Positions 42,000-48,915 of a stretch of 64,000 nucleotides of DNA are shown piece after piece. The stretch covers positions 191,980-255,979 of the forward strand of contig CALSTB010000003.1 in the NCBI GenBank assembly GCA_943789165.1. Reading direction: 5' to 3'. The DNA comes from an uncultured Bacteroidia bacterium (GTDB lineage Bacteria; Bacteroidota; Bacteroidia; NS11-12g; UBA9320). The notes beneath the pieces were generated by a model that did no database searches, was not told where the DNA came from, and saw nothing but the letters and a program-made list of their open reading frames with translations. Made by a program: the position numbers and the translations under genes. How positions within the stretch are numbered: position 1 is the first letter of the stretch; every line of letters starts with the position of its first letter.

Positions 42000-42829
42000 T
42001 CGTTATTTAATTTCTCTGCTTTAATGTCAATGACAATGGTCGTATATGGCGGTATGAGTGGGCCATAGCCATCTTCTCCAAAGGCCTCGGCAAATGGTAT
42101 CAACGCGCGTACTTTTTCTCCATGTCTCGTTAACATAAGGAGTCTCGTTAGACCTGATACACGGGTTTGCATTCCTCCGACTTCGAAACGCCAGACATCA
42201 TCTCCCCTCGTTTTTTCAATTACTCTTCCGTCTAGAGTTGCGTATACGTACGAAATTGCTGCCGAATCCCCAATGGTAAAAAAGGGCATATCCGGTTTGC
42301 TTTCAATAATCTCATACATAATGCCGGTGGAGTCGTTTTGTACATTCCAGCCGTTTGCCTTCACGTATTCCTTCATCTTCCCCAGTTCTTGTTCACTTTT
42401 ATAAATCAAATGATCTAGCGGACTAAGAATAGCCTCAACGCCGATGAGTAATTTAAACGTCTCTTGCTTTTCTAAACCTTTCGGGATTTGTAGGCTGTGC
42501 ATGCCAAAAAAAGAATCCGTATTTAAGATAAACGCTACGCTGTCTCCTTCATGAATCATGCTTAACCCTTCATGAAAATCACCTGGGTAAATCGGTTCAT
42601 TGCGTTTAAACATGGCGTGTTGTGAAAACACGAGGCTATCTTTTTTTGTGGTAGCGCTAATGTTTAGGTTATAGATGTCACCGACTTGACCCATTTTAGC
42701 ATCTTTGTCCTTTTTGAAAAAATAGTATTCAAGGCCATTTTCTGTTTTTTCATAAAACTGTTTCGGACCACAACCAGTAAAAATAAAACTGGCTAGTGAA
42801 ATAATGAGGATACCAAGATTAGTTTTCAT
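41996..42829 (-). CDS. FKBP-type peptidyl-prolyl isomerase lipoprotein
   Basis: Lipobox FTGC. The C-terminal FEVGGMQTRVSGL…GEKVRALIPFAEAFGEDGYGPLIPPYTTIVIDI resembles the FKBP_C domain. Confidence 0.6.
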   Translation of the reverse strand: MKTNLGILIISLASFIFTGCGPKQFYEKTENGLEYYFFKKDKDAKMGQVGDIYNLNISATTKKDSLVFSQHAMFKRNEPIYPGDFHEGLSMIHEGDSVAFILNTDSFFGMHSLQIPKGLEKQETFKLLIGVEAILSPLDHLIYKSEQELGKMKEYVKANGWNVQNDSTGIMYEIIESKPDMPFFTIGDSAAISYVYATLDGRVIEKTRGDDVWRFEVGGMQTRVSGLTRLLMLTRHGEKVRALIPFAEAFGEDGYGPLIPPYTTIVIDIKAEKLNNE

Positions 42830-43880
42830 TGCTATAGCTTGTTAACAGTAGATCTTTATATGTTGGAAGCACGTTCTTAAATTTCTCAAGGACCGTTTCT
42901 AAACTTTCTTTTGACGACCCGCCGGCAGCGTTTAAATGTCCGCCCCCATTAAAATGTGCATTGGCAAATTCGTTGCATGGGAAACGGCCTTGTGAGCGGA
43001 ACGACATTTTTACCATTACCGATCGGTCGATAATTAATGCCGAAAAGACAATGCCTTTAATGCCCAGTCCAAAGTTAACAAAGCCTTCCGTATCACCGGT
43101 TTGGATGTTAAATTTCATCAATTCTTCCTGAGTTAACGACACCAAAGCCGTTTTTAGTTCTGGGTACACCGTTAATTTTTTATAGAGGACATAGCCCATT
43201 AATCTATATCGATTGAGGGAAAAATTGTCGAGTAACAAGGCGTGTATTTTGGCAGAATCAACACCAAGGTCGATCAGTTCTGCGGCAATTCTATGTGTGT
43301 GGCTCGTGGTTGAGCTGTATCTGAATGAGCCTGTGTCTGCAATGATGCCTGCGTACATACAAGATGCGATATCGGTATCAATCAGTTCTGCTCCATCATT
43401 GGACTTGATAAAATCGTAAATCAACTCACTGGTAGAACTTGTTTCGATGGTCCAAAAGCGATAATCATCAAAGCCCGATGGATCTCGATGGTGGTCGATC
43501 ATAATCGTTTTGGCGTCACTTTTCTCAACGAGCAATCCGAGGTCATTGATTCTCGACAGGTCGTTAAAATCCAAACAGAAAATCAAATCGGCAGCTTCAA
43601 CAAGTGAGGCTGCTTTCTCGGCTTCGGCTTCAAAATTGATTACAGTATCATTTCCAGGCATCCAATGTAGGTTGACTGGGTAGTCGGTTGGAGTTACGAC
43701 CGTTACCTTTTTTCCCAGCTTAACGAGGTAGTGGTATAATGCTAAGGATGAACCAAGCGCATCGGCGTCGGGTTTGTGGTGTGTGGTGATAACAATATTG
43801 CTTCCTGATCCACTATTTAAAAATGGCCTTATACCCTCCGTGTTATCTTCTATCATATGCGCTTTTGAATTCTTTGACAA
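42819..43880 (-). CDS. DHH/DHHA1 family phosphoesterase (NrnA-like oligoribonuclease/pAp phosphatase)
   Basis: Motifs HHKPDADALGS, DHH (MIDHHRD) and GGGHLNAAG. Confidence 0.8.
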   Translation of the reverse strand: MSKNSKAHMIEDNTEGIRPFLNSGSGSNIVITTHHKPDADALGSSLALYHYLVKLGKKVTVVTPTDYPVNLHWMPGNDTVINFEAEAEKAASLVEAADLIFCLDFNDLSRINDLGLLVEKSDAKTIMIDHHRDPSGFDDYRFWTIETSSTSELIYDFIKSNDGAELIDTDIASCMYAGIIADTGSFRYSSTTSHTHRIAAELIDLGVDSAKIHALLLDNFSLNRYRLMGYVLYKKLTVYPELKTALVSLTQEELMKFNIQTGDTEGFVNFGLGIKGIVFSALIIDRSVMVKMSFRSQGRFPCNEFANAHFNGGGHLNAAGGSSKESLETVLEKFKNVLPTYKDLLLTSYSNEN

Positions 43881-43946
43881 AACTCGTAAAATTCTATTGA
43901 AGTAAGCCTATTTTTGCAGCCGATTTTAAGCAAGACAATAGAAAAC

Positions 43947-44366
43947 ATGGCAACAAACAGAACATTTACGATGATTAAACCGGATGCAGTAGGCAACGGA
44001 CACATTGGAAGTATTTTGGCAGATATGATTGCGGGTGGTTTTACCATCAAAGCAATGAAATACACACATTTAACGGCTGAGACTGCTGGAGCATTTTACG
44101 CGGTTCACAAGGAGCGTCCTTTTTACAACGATTTGGTTTCGTTTATGAGTAGTGGCCCGATTGTGGCGGCTATTTTAGAAAAAGACAATGCGGTTTCTGA
44201 TTTCAGAGACTTGATTGGCGCTACTAATCCTGCAGAAGCAGCAGAAGGAACGATTCGTGCGAAATACGCGAAGTCGATTGATGCCAATGCCGTTCACGGA
44301 AGTGACAGCGACGAGAATGCGGCTATTGAAGGAAACTTCTTTTTTAGCGCATTAGAGCAACACTAA
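43947..44366 (+). CDS. ndk: nucleoside-diphosphate kinase
   Basis: I chose the ATG at 43947. It has [10 protein letters not shown] and the active-site region NAVHGSDS. Confidence 0.93.
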   Translation: MATNRTFTMIKPDAVGNGHIGSILADMIAGGFTIKAMKYTHLTAETAGAFYAVHKERPFYNDLVSFMSSGPIVAAILEKDNAVSDFRDLIGATNPAEAAEGTIRAKYAKSIDANAVHGSDSDENAAIEGNFFFSALEQH

Positions 44367-44437
44367 AAATTAGGCAAAGATTTTATCTTTGTCCCTCCTA
44401 CGCTATAACTCCTTAGCTAAAGCTACGGAGTTTAATT

Positions 44438-44511
44438 GGGCCTATAGCTCAGTTGGTTAGAGCAACTGACTCATAATCAGTAGGTCCATGGTTCGAGTCC
44501 ATGTGGGCCCA
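44438..44511 (+). tRNA. tRNA with a CAU anticodon (elongator Met, or Ile2 if lysidine-modified)
   Basis: I folded a 74-nt cloverleaf by hand. Acceptor GGGCCTA/TGGGCCC; D arm GCTC-AGTTGGTTA-GAGC; anticodon stem ACTGA/TCAGT with loop CTCATAA; T arm CATGG-TTCGAGT-CCATG. No CCA is encoded. Confidence 0.9.
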
Positions 44512-44521
44512 CCCTTTGAAT

Positions 44522-44551
44522 AAAGGCTTTACAGGAATGTGAAGCCTTTTT
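44522..44551 (+). terminator. rho-independent terminator after the tRNA
   Basis: 8-bp stem AAAGGCTT/AAGCCTTT with a 12-nt loop, followed by a T-run. Confidence 0.7.
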
Positions 44552-44560
44552 CATTTGTTG

Positions 44561-44582
44561 ATTGTAACACAATTGTAACACA
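44561..44582. repeat. perfect tandem 11-mer ATTGTAACACA x2
   Basis: Read directly from the sequence, about 50 nt downstream of the tRNA. Confidence 0.9.
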
Positions 44583-44711
44583 TTTATGAAATAAGGAGTT
44601 TTGTTTTAGTATCTTTCTTAAATGTAAATCTAATTAAATTGGTGGTGTGCTGACGTCTTAAATGGTGATGCTGTTTTGGCATCTCAAGCCATTTAATTCA
44701 ACCTACACAAA

Positions 44712-44894
44712 TTACTCATAATATGAGTACTCACGTTCTGTGATAGACTCTGGGGTGTCATCTCTAAATGACATTTTTTTAACCCAATTTCCTTGTCCGT
44801 CATAGTCATATTTGTAAGTGAGCTTATCATCTAAACTGCCAGGAGTTCCCGATTTATTATAGTGCCCCTGTTTGTCGCTACTGTAAAGGGTTTT
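44712..44894 (-). pseudogene. 3' fragment of a gene ending …LTYKYDYDGQGNWVKKMSFRDDTPESITEREYSYYE*
   Basis: Minus-strand frame is open for 60 codons and bounded upstream by an in-frame TGA with no plausible start. The YDxxGNW-type motif is typical of C-termini of Bacteroidota lipoproteins and YD-like proteins. Confidence 0.4.
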
Positions 44895-44991
44895 TCAGTG
44901 GACGTGAAACATTTTTGAGACTATTTGTTCGACCAGAACCTGAATCCAATTTTACATTTGATTGGTTATTAGAGAACGGTTGTCAATTTAG

Positions 44992-45360
44992 CTGAGTGAT
45001 AACGGTTCTTGCTACATCAGTTCAGAACTTGCTAAATATATTCAAGACAAAGGAATGAGTCATGTTCGCGGAAGACCAATGCATCCGCAGACTCAGGGGA
45101 AGATAGAACGTTGGCACAGGTCAATGAAAAATGTGGTGAAACTTGAAAATTATTATTTACCTGGTGATTTGACAAACAGACTTGAAGAGTTTGTTGAGTA
45201 TTACAACAATGAACGGTATCATGAATCACTTCAAAACCTAACACCAGCAGACGTGTACTTTGGACGCAGCCAAGAGATATTAGATCAAAGACATTTAATT
45301 AAACTAAAAACAATGAAAAAAAGAAGAAAGCAACACCTGTTGCAAAGATTAAATTTATGA
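44992..45360 (+). pseudogene. 5'-truncated DDE (rve) transposase remnant, IS481/IS3-like
   Basis: The frame opens right after an in-frame TAG and reads LSDNGSCYISSELAKYIQDKGMSHVRGRPMHPQTQGKIERWHRS…YNNERYHESL. This is only the last third or so of an integrase-core transposase. No N-terminal part and no terminal inverted repeats are visible. Confidence 0.8.
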
Positions 45361-45404
45361 CTTAATTTTGACTATCTCTGGTAAACATTAGTTTGAAGAC
45401 TTAC

Positions 45405-45476
45405 AAATATACATCTGATTCCGATAAACAAAAATTTGCAGAAGCCTTATTGAAAGAAATGGGCAATTGCAATTAA
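45405..45476 (+). pseudogene. 3' end of a second copy of the 45753-46076 lipoprotein gene, truncated next to the transposase remnant
   Basis: Encodes …KYTSDSDKQKFAEALLKEMGNCN*, identical to the end of the intact copy. Homology stops abruptly at 45405. Confidence 0.7.
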
Positions 45477-45487
45477 TTTAATAAACA

Positions 45488-45547
45488 AGTGGAGACAGAC
45501 CCCACTATAAAAACGAGGCGTATTCCGAAAAGCCTTATGAGTAGGAA
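45488..45547 (+). promoter_or_regulatory. conserved leader element, A-type copy 1
   Basis: AGTGG-loop-CCACT hairpin, A-run, AGGC…GCCT stem, then ATGAGTAGGAA. Confidence 0.5.
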
Positions 45548-45626
45548 AAACATTATTAAAGCTAATATTATTTGGATTATCGTTTATGCAGTTTTTATGG
45601 GATACACATTAAGCAAATTCTCGTGA
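45537..45626 (+). CDS. 29-aa hydrophobic micro-ORF (MSRKNIIKANIIWIIVYAVFMGYTLSKFS), copy 1
   Basis: It starts at the conserved ATGAGTAGG of the leader element and has a single predicted TM segment. It is below the ORF-track cutoff. Confidence 0.35.
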   Translation: MSRKNIIKANIIWIIVYAVFMGYTLSKFS

Positions 45627-45785
45627 AAAAACCAAGACGGTCTGCGAAAGCCAAAGGGTTGACCACCAGATGTGACAAAAAATTATATTACTGAACTTTA
45701 AAGTGGAGTCCAGAACCCACTCTAAAAAACGGGGCGTATTCTGAAAAGCCTTATGAGTAGGAACAAATTTAATTTAAGAAAAATG
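45627..45785. repeat. repeat B, copy 1 (matches 46378-46536 with 2 mismatches)
   Basis: 159 bp covering a promoter-like stretch (TTGACC-N19-TATATT), the leader and the first 11 codons. The offset is 751 bp. Confidence 0.9.
45702..45763 (+). promoter_or_regulatory. conserved leader element, B-type copy 1
   Basis: Same architecture as the A-type: AGTGG/CCACT hairpin with a different loop, then GGGC…GCCT, then ATGAGTAGGAA. Confidence 0.5.
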
Positions 45786-46076
45786 AAAAAAGTAATGACA
45801 ATTTTCGGAGCAATCATATTTGCTTCAACAATTCTGACAAGCTGTGGAGGCGGATCTATTGAAAGTGATGCTAAAAAAGTGGCAGAACTTCAATGTAAAG
45901 CTCAACAACTAATGAAGAAAGCAACATCTGGAGATATGTCCGTGATGGAAGAAAGCACCAAGTTGGCTTCTGAAGCGGCAACTTTATCACAAGAAATGGA
46001 AGGGAAATATACATCTGATTCCGATAAACAAAAATTTGCAGAAGCCTTATTGAAAGAAATGGGCAATTGCAATTAA
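45753..46076 (+). CDS. small helical lipoprotein (107 aa from the conserved ATG; alternative start at 45783)
   Basis: MSRNKFNLRKMKKVMTIFGAIIFASTILTSCGGG gives a signal peptide with a lipobox Cys. Confidence 0.65.
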   Translation: MSRNKFNLRKMKKVMTIFGAIIFASTILTSCGGGSIESDAKKVAELQCKAQQLMKKATSGDMSVMEESTKLASEAATLSQEMEGKYTSDSDKQKFAEALLKEMGNCN

Positions 46077-46087
46077 TTTAATAAACA

Positions 46088-46147
46088 AGTGGAGACAGAC
46101 CCCACTATAAAAACGAGGCGTATTCCGAAAAGCCTTATGAGTAGGAA
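46088..46147 (+). promoter_or_regulatory. conserved leader element, A-type copy 2
   Basis: Identical to 45488-45547. Confidence 0.5.
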
Positions 46148-46226
46148 AAACATTATTAAAGCTAATATTATTTGGATTATCGTTTATGCAGTTTTTATGG
46201 GATACACATTAAGCAAATTCTCGTGA
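46137..46226 (+). CDS. 29-aa hydrophobic micro-ORF, copy 2
   Basis: Identical to 45537-45626. Confidence 0.35.
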   Translation: MSRKNIIKANIIWIIVYAVFMGYTLSKFS

Positions 46227-46234
46227 AAAAACCA

Positions 46235-46377
46235 GCCCATAACCGCACCTACCCGCAAGTGGTTCGGTTGTGGGTTATTTTAACTTTTGTGCTTCTAATA
46301 AATTTGGCGCTAAATTGACAGTGAAGTGTTTCAAAAGCCCCACCTTCGGGTAGCTGCCAACCGTTATGGGCAAGTTT
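46235..46377. mobile_element. 143-bp insertion flanked by the 8-bp direct repeat AAAAACCA, with subterminal inverted repeats (MITE-like)
   Basis: The A/B junction is contiguous in copy 1 (45634|45635) but split in copy 2. AAAAACCA is present at 46227-46234 and 46378-46385. GCCCATAAC (46235-46243) pairs with GTTATGGGC (46363-46371). Confidence 0.45.
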
Positions 46378-46536
46378 AAAAACCAAGACGGTCTGCGAAA
46401 GCCAAAGGGTTGACCACCCAATGTGACAAAAAATTATATTACTGAACTTTAAAGTGGAGTCCAGAACCCACTCTAAAAAACGGGGCGTATTCTGAAAAGC
46501 CTTATGAGTAGGAACAAATTTAATTTAAGAAAAATG
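46378..46536. repeat. repeat B, copy 2
   Basis: Matches 45627-45785. The mismatches correspond to 45668-45669. Confidence 0.9.
46453..46514 (+). promoter_or_regulatory. conserved leader element, B-type copy 2
   Basis: Identical to 45702-45763. Confidence 0.5.
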
Positions 46537-47304
46537 GAAAAAAATTTACCTTTTGTATCCTTATCGCTTACTGATAAAGGTTACAACAAACTAGTCATCC
46601 CTTTTTTAGGGAAACTAGATGACGGAAATGTTTTTAAAAACATTATTATACTTTTACTTACCGTTTTAGCAATTGGTCTTTTACTAGGAGGGATTTATCT
46701 AAGCTTTGATGGCTTGTTTGGAGATTCTGGATTTATTAAAAGCTATATTTCAAACGAGTATTTAAGTGGGGGTAAAAAAGTGGGTGCTGTTGTTGGCCTA
46801 ATCCTTGGCTTTGCAATCAGCATTTTAACCGCTTGGGTTTTATTTAGTGTTTTAAAAAAGCGCTCAGAGCAAATGAAAACCATCGAATATGACGGTCTAT
46901 TATCCTTTATTTTTGTGAAAACTTTACCTAAATTAATTTTGGTAATAGGTGAATTACTATTTGTTCTATTTTTATATGCGGGTATACTTCAAATCATTGC
47001 GGCTTTAGTGGGTTCTTTTGTATATGCGCCATTAATTGAATATCCTGCATTATTATTAAGTATTTTTCCAGGAATGGATGTTTTCACAGGATTAGTTCCT
47101 CAACAAATTGTTGGTGATTATGACTATTTTGGAGAATATATTAAAATAGGAGTTTTGAGCATAGCTGGATCATTTCTTTTGCTAATAGCATTTTATATAT
47201 ACAAAGAAATCTATAATTACATATTGAAACTGGTAACAAATCTAATCTCATTTTTACCAAAATTTGCTATTCCTCTTGCAATAAGAAAGAAAGACGAAAA
47301 TTAA
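46504..47304 (+). CDS. polytopic membrane protein of unknown function
   Basis: 266 aa. It has the same first 11 codons (MSRNKFNLRKM) as the lipoprotein gene, followed by unrelated sequence with about 5-6 hydrophobic helices. Confidence 0.65.
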   Translation: MSRNKFNLRKMEKNLPFVSLSLTDKGYNKLVIPFLGKLDDGNVFKNIIILLLTVLAIGLLLGGIYLSFDGLFGDSGFIKSYISNEYLSGGKKVGAVVGLILGFAISILTAWVLFSVLKKRSEQMKTIEYDGLLSFIFVKTLPKLILVIGELLFVLFLYAGILQIIAALVGSFVYAPLIEYPALLLSIFPGMDVFTGLVPQQIVGDYDYFGEYIKIGVLSIAGSFLLLIAFYIYKEIYNYILKLVTNLISFLPKFAIPLAIRKKDEN

Positions 47305-47443
47305 TTGACAAAACCAGCCCATAACCGCAAATAAGCGCAAGCAGGGTTATAGTGCTTCGAAGGACAGGACAGTAGGAATTTTTAAGTTCTGTTCTTCGTG
47401 GTAATGTAAAATGTCAGCCTAATGTTTACCACTTAAGAGATAA

Positions 47444-47629
47444 AATGGTACTTGGTCCAAAGACCAATTTGTAACCGCAGTTAAAACGGGTATGATTCAA
47501 AATCAAGAAGCGCTGCGATATCCTATGCTGCCATACACACAACTAACAGATTATGAAGTAGGTTGTATTTATGAGTATTTACAAACCATTCCTGCAATTT
47601 CGAATAAAGTGGAACGCAGCGGTTTATAA
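47444..47629 (+). pseudogene. 3' fragment of a c-type-cytochrome-like gene
   Basis: Frame open for 61 codons after an in-frame TAA, with no start codon. It ends …ALRYPMLPYTQLTDYEVGCIYEYLQTIPAISNKVERSGL*, resembling the C-terminal helix of class I cytochromes c. The CxxCH part is absent. Confidence 0.4.
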
Positions 47630-47635
47630 CAGAAC

Positions 47636-47671
47636 AAAAAAAGCCACTCAGCATGTTGCTGAATGGCTTTT
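47636..47671. terminator. bidirectional terminator-like hairpin
   Basis: A-run, then a 12-bp stem AAGCCACTCAGC/GCTGAATGGCTT with one mismatch, then a T-run. It sits between convergent genes. Confidence 0.6.
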
Positions 47672-47697
47672 AAACTAATAGTGTAGATCAATAGCTC

Positions 47698-48816
47698 TTA
47701 TTTGGGGTCGATGCGGTAGACTTCGTTCGTTAATGAACTTACAAACCAAAGCTTGCCGTCTTTATCGGCTTTTATCCCCATAATTCCTTTTTTACCTGTT
47801 TCGAATCTTGCTAGCTCGGTTCCATAGGTCAATTCATATGCAATGATGACACCCGTTTCGTAGTCAGAAACGTATAAAACATTATTGCTTAATTCGATGC
47901 CAGCAGGCTTTTGAAGATCTTTATCAGTAAAAATTTTCCAATCCACACCACTCATTTCCCAGTGCTCTTCTAATACTTCGTTGAATAAAGACAAATCCTT
48001 TAGCTTACTACCTGTCTTCGTGTTCATTTTCAGTATCCTTCCATTTCCAGAATCAACAATATACAACCAGCCAGATTCGTGGTCTAATACCAAGTGACTT
48101 GAAACGCCATCGAGTCTTTTTAAAGGTACTTCGCGATATCTATGTACCAATCCATCATCATGATTAGAGTTTCCTGGACCGTGGTCCAATTGAAAATCAT
48201 ACCAACAGATATGTCCGTTATGACCGTCATACACCCAAAAGGCATTTCCTTTATCCCATTCAATCCCCATCGAATACGGACTGCTATGCAGCATGTCTAA
48301 ATGACTACCGTTTCCACCTGAAGGCTTTGCATATACATTCATGTCACTGCTCCACAAGGTAGGACCAGTAAATGTTCCACCTTGTCGGTTAGCATCCTGA
48401 ATTTCGGCTCCAGTCGCCCAGTTACCGTTGTCTTTACTAAACGACATCGACGAAGGAAGGGCCATAAAATGCCACGCATTTCCATCTTCTCTCCATTCCG
48501 TTTTCTGGTTTCCTAAACCTGCATTAGTGATCGTTACCGTATTCCCACCAGTTCGCTCAGTTCCTTTGTTCAATATCCAAAGTTCGTTGTCTCTAAAGGG
48601 ATGAAAATCCAAATCCCAAGGTTCAATGATTCTGTCTGTTTGATCAGCAATCAAAGTCATCTCAGGCGTATTTAAACCATACGCACCATCAACAGATGGC
48701 AAATAAAAAGCCGGCACGGTGTTGATTTTAATTGGTTCTGGTGTTTCTTTTTCATCGTCTTTACAGGCTGTAAAGAACATAGTTCCTATTAAAAGGTAAA
48801 GAATGTTTTGTTTCAT
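47698..48816 (-). CDS. His-rich beta-propeller-like lipoprotein
   Basis: Lipobox FFTAC. NHL-like segments (LYIVDSGNGRILKM, LYVSDYETGVIIAY). His clusters HLDMLH, DGHNGH and DHGPGNSNHDD. Confidence 0.6.
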   Translation of the reverse strand: MKQNILYLLIGTMFFTACKDDEKETPEPIKINTVPAFYLPSVDGAYGLNTPEMTLIADQTDRIIEPWDLDFHPFRDNELWILNKGTERTGGNTVTITNAGLGNQKTEWREDGNAWHFMALPSSMSFSKDNGNWATGAEIQDANRQGGTFTGPTLWSSDMNVYAKPSGGNGSHLDMLHSSPYSMGIEWDKGNAFWVYDGHNGHICWYDFQLDHGPGNSNHDDGLVHRYREVPLKRLDGVSSHLVLDHESGWLYIVDSGNGRILKMNTKTGSKLKDLSLFNEVLEEHWEMSGVDWKIFTDKDLQKPAGIELSNNVLYVSDYETGVIIAYELTYGTELARFETGKKGIMGIKADKDGKLWFVSSLTNEVYRIDPK

Positions 48817-48915
48817 ATTCAGGTTTTGCGCAAAACTATTTTAATTACAGCGAGTTGTCGTATTTGTTTGCGGTTAATGACAACTATTCGCCAAACATTA
48901 CTATTTATTTACTTA

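Larger units (their letters stand above)
45405..45634. repeat. repeat A, copy 1 (identical to 46005-46234)
   Basis: 230 bp that match base-for-base at an offset of exactly 600 bp. Confidence 0.9.
46005..46234. repeat. repeat A, copy 2
   Basis: Identical to 45405-45634. Confidence 0.9.

Noticed and set aside
36855-44366. N-terminal extensions in the ORF track for ybaB (27037, just outside this range), tatA (36325), ACMSD (36855), rfbA (41022) and ndk (43914)
   Set aside because: In each case an internal ATG gives the canonical family N-terminus (MFGLDKL…, [11 protein letters not shown]…, MDDTTIHKFDSHAH…, [14 protein letters not shown]…, [15 protein letters not shown]…). The extension overlaps the neighbouring gene or has no homology-like features.
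44438-44511. Possibility that the tRNA(CAU) is the initiator tRNA-fMet
   Set aside because: Position 1:72 is a normal G-C pair, and the anticodon stem (ACTGA/TCAGT) lacks the three consecutive G-C pairs of bacterial initiators. I cannot separate elongator Met from Ile2(CAU) by eye.
46235-46377. The 143-bp inverted-repeat element as an integron attC site, with the small ORFs as gene cassettes
   Set aside because: There is no intI integrase or attI in the window. The ends (CCATAAC / GTTATGG) do not fit RYYYAAC / GTTRRRY well. The first cassette-like junction (45634|45635) has no such site at all. I kept it as a MITE-like insertion instead.
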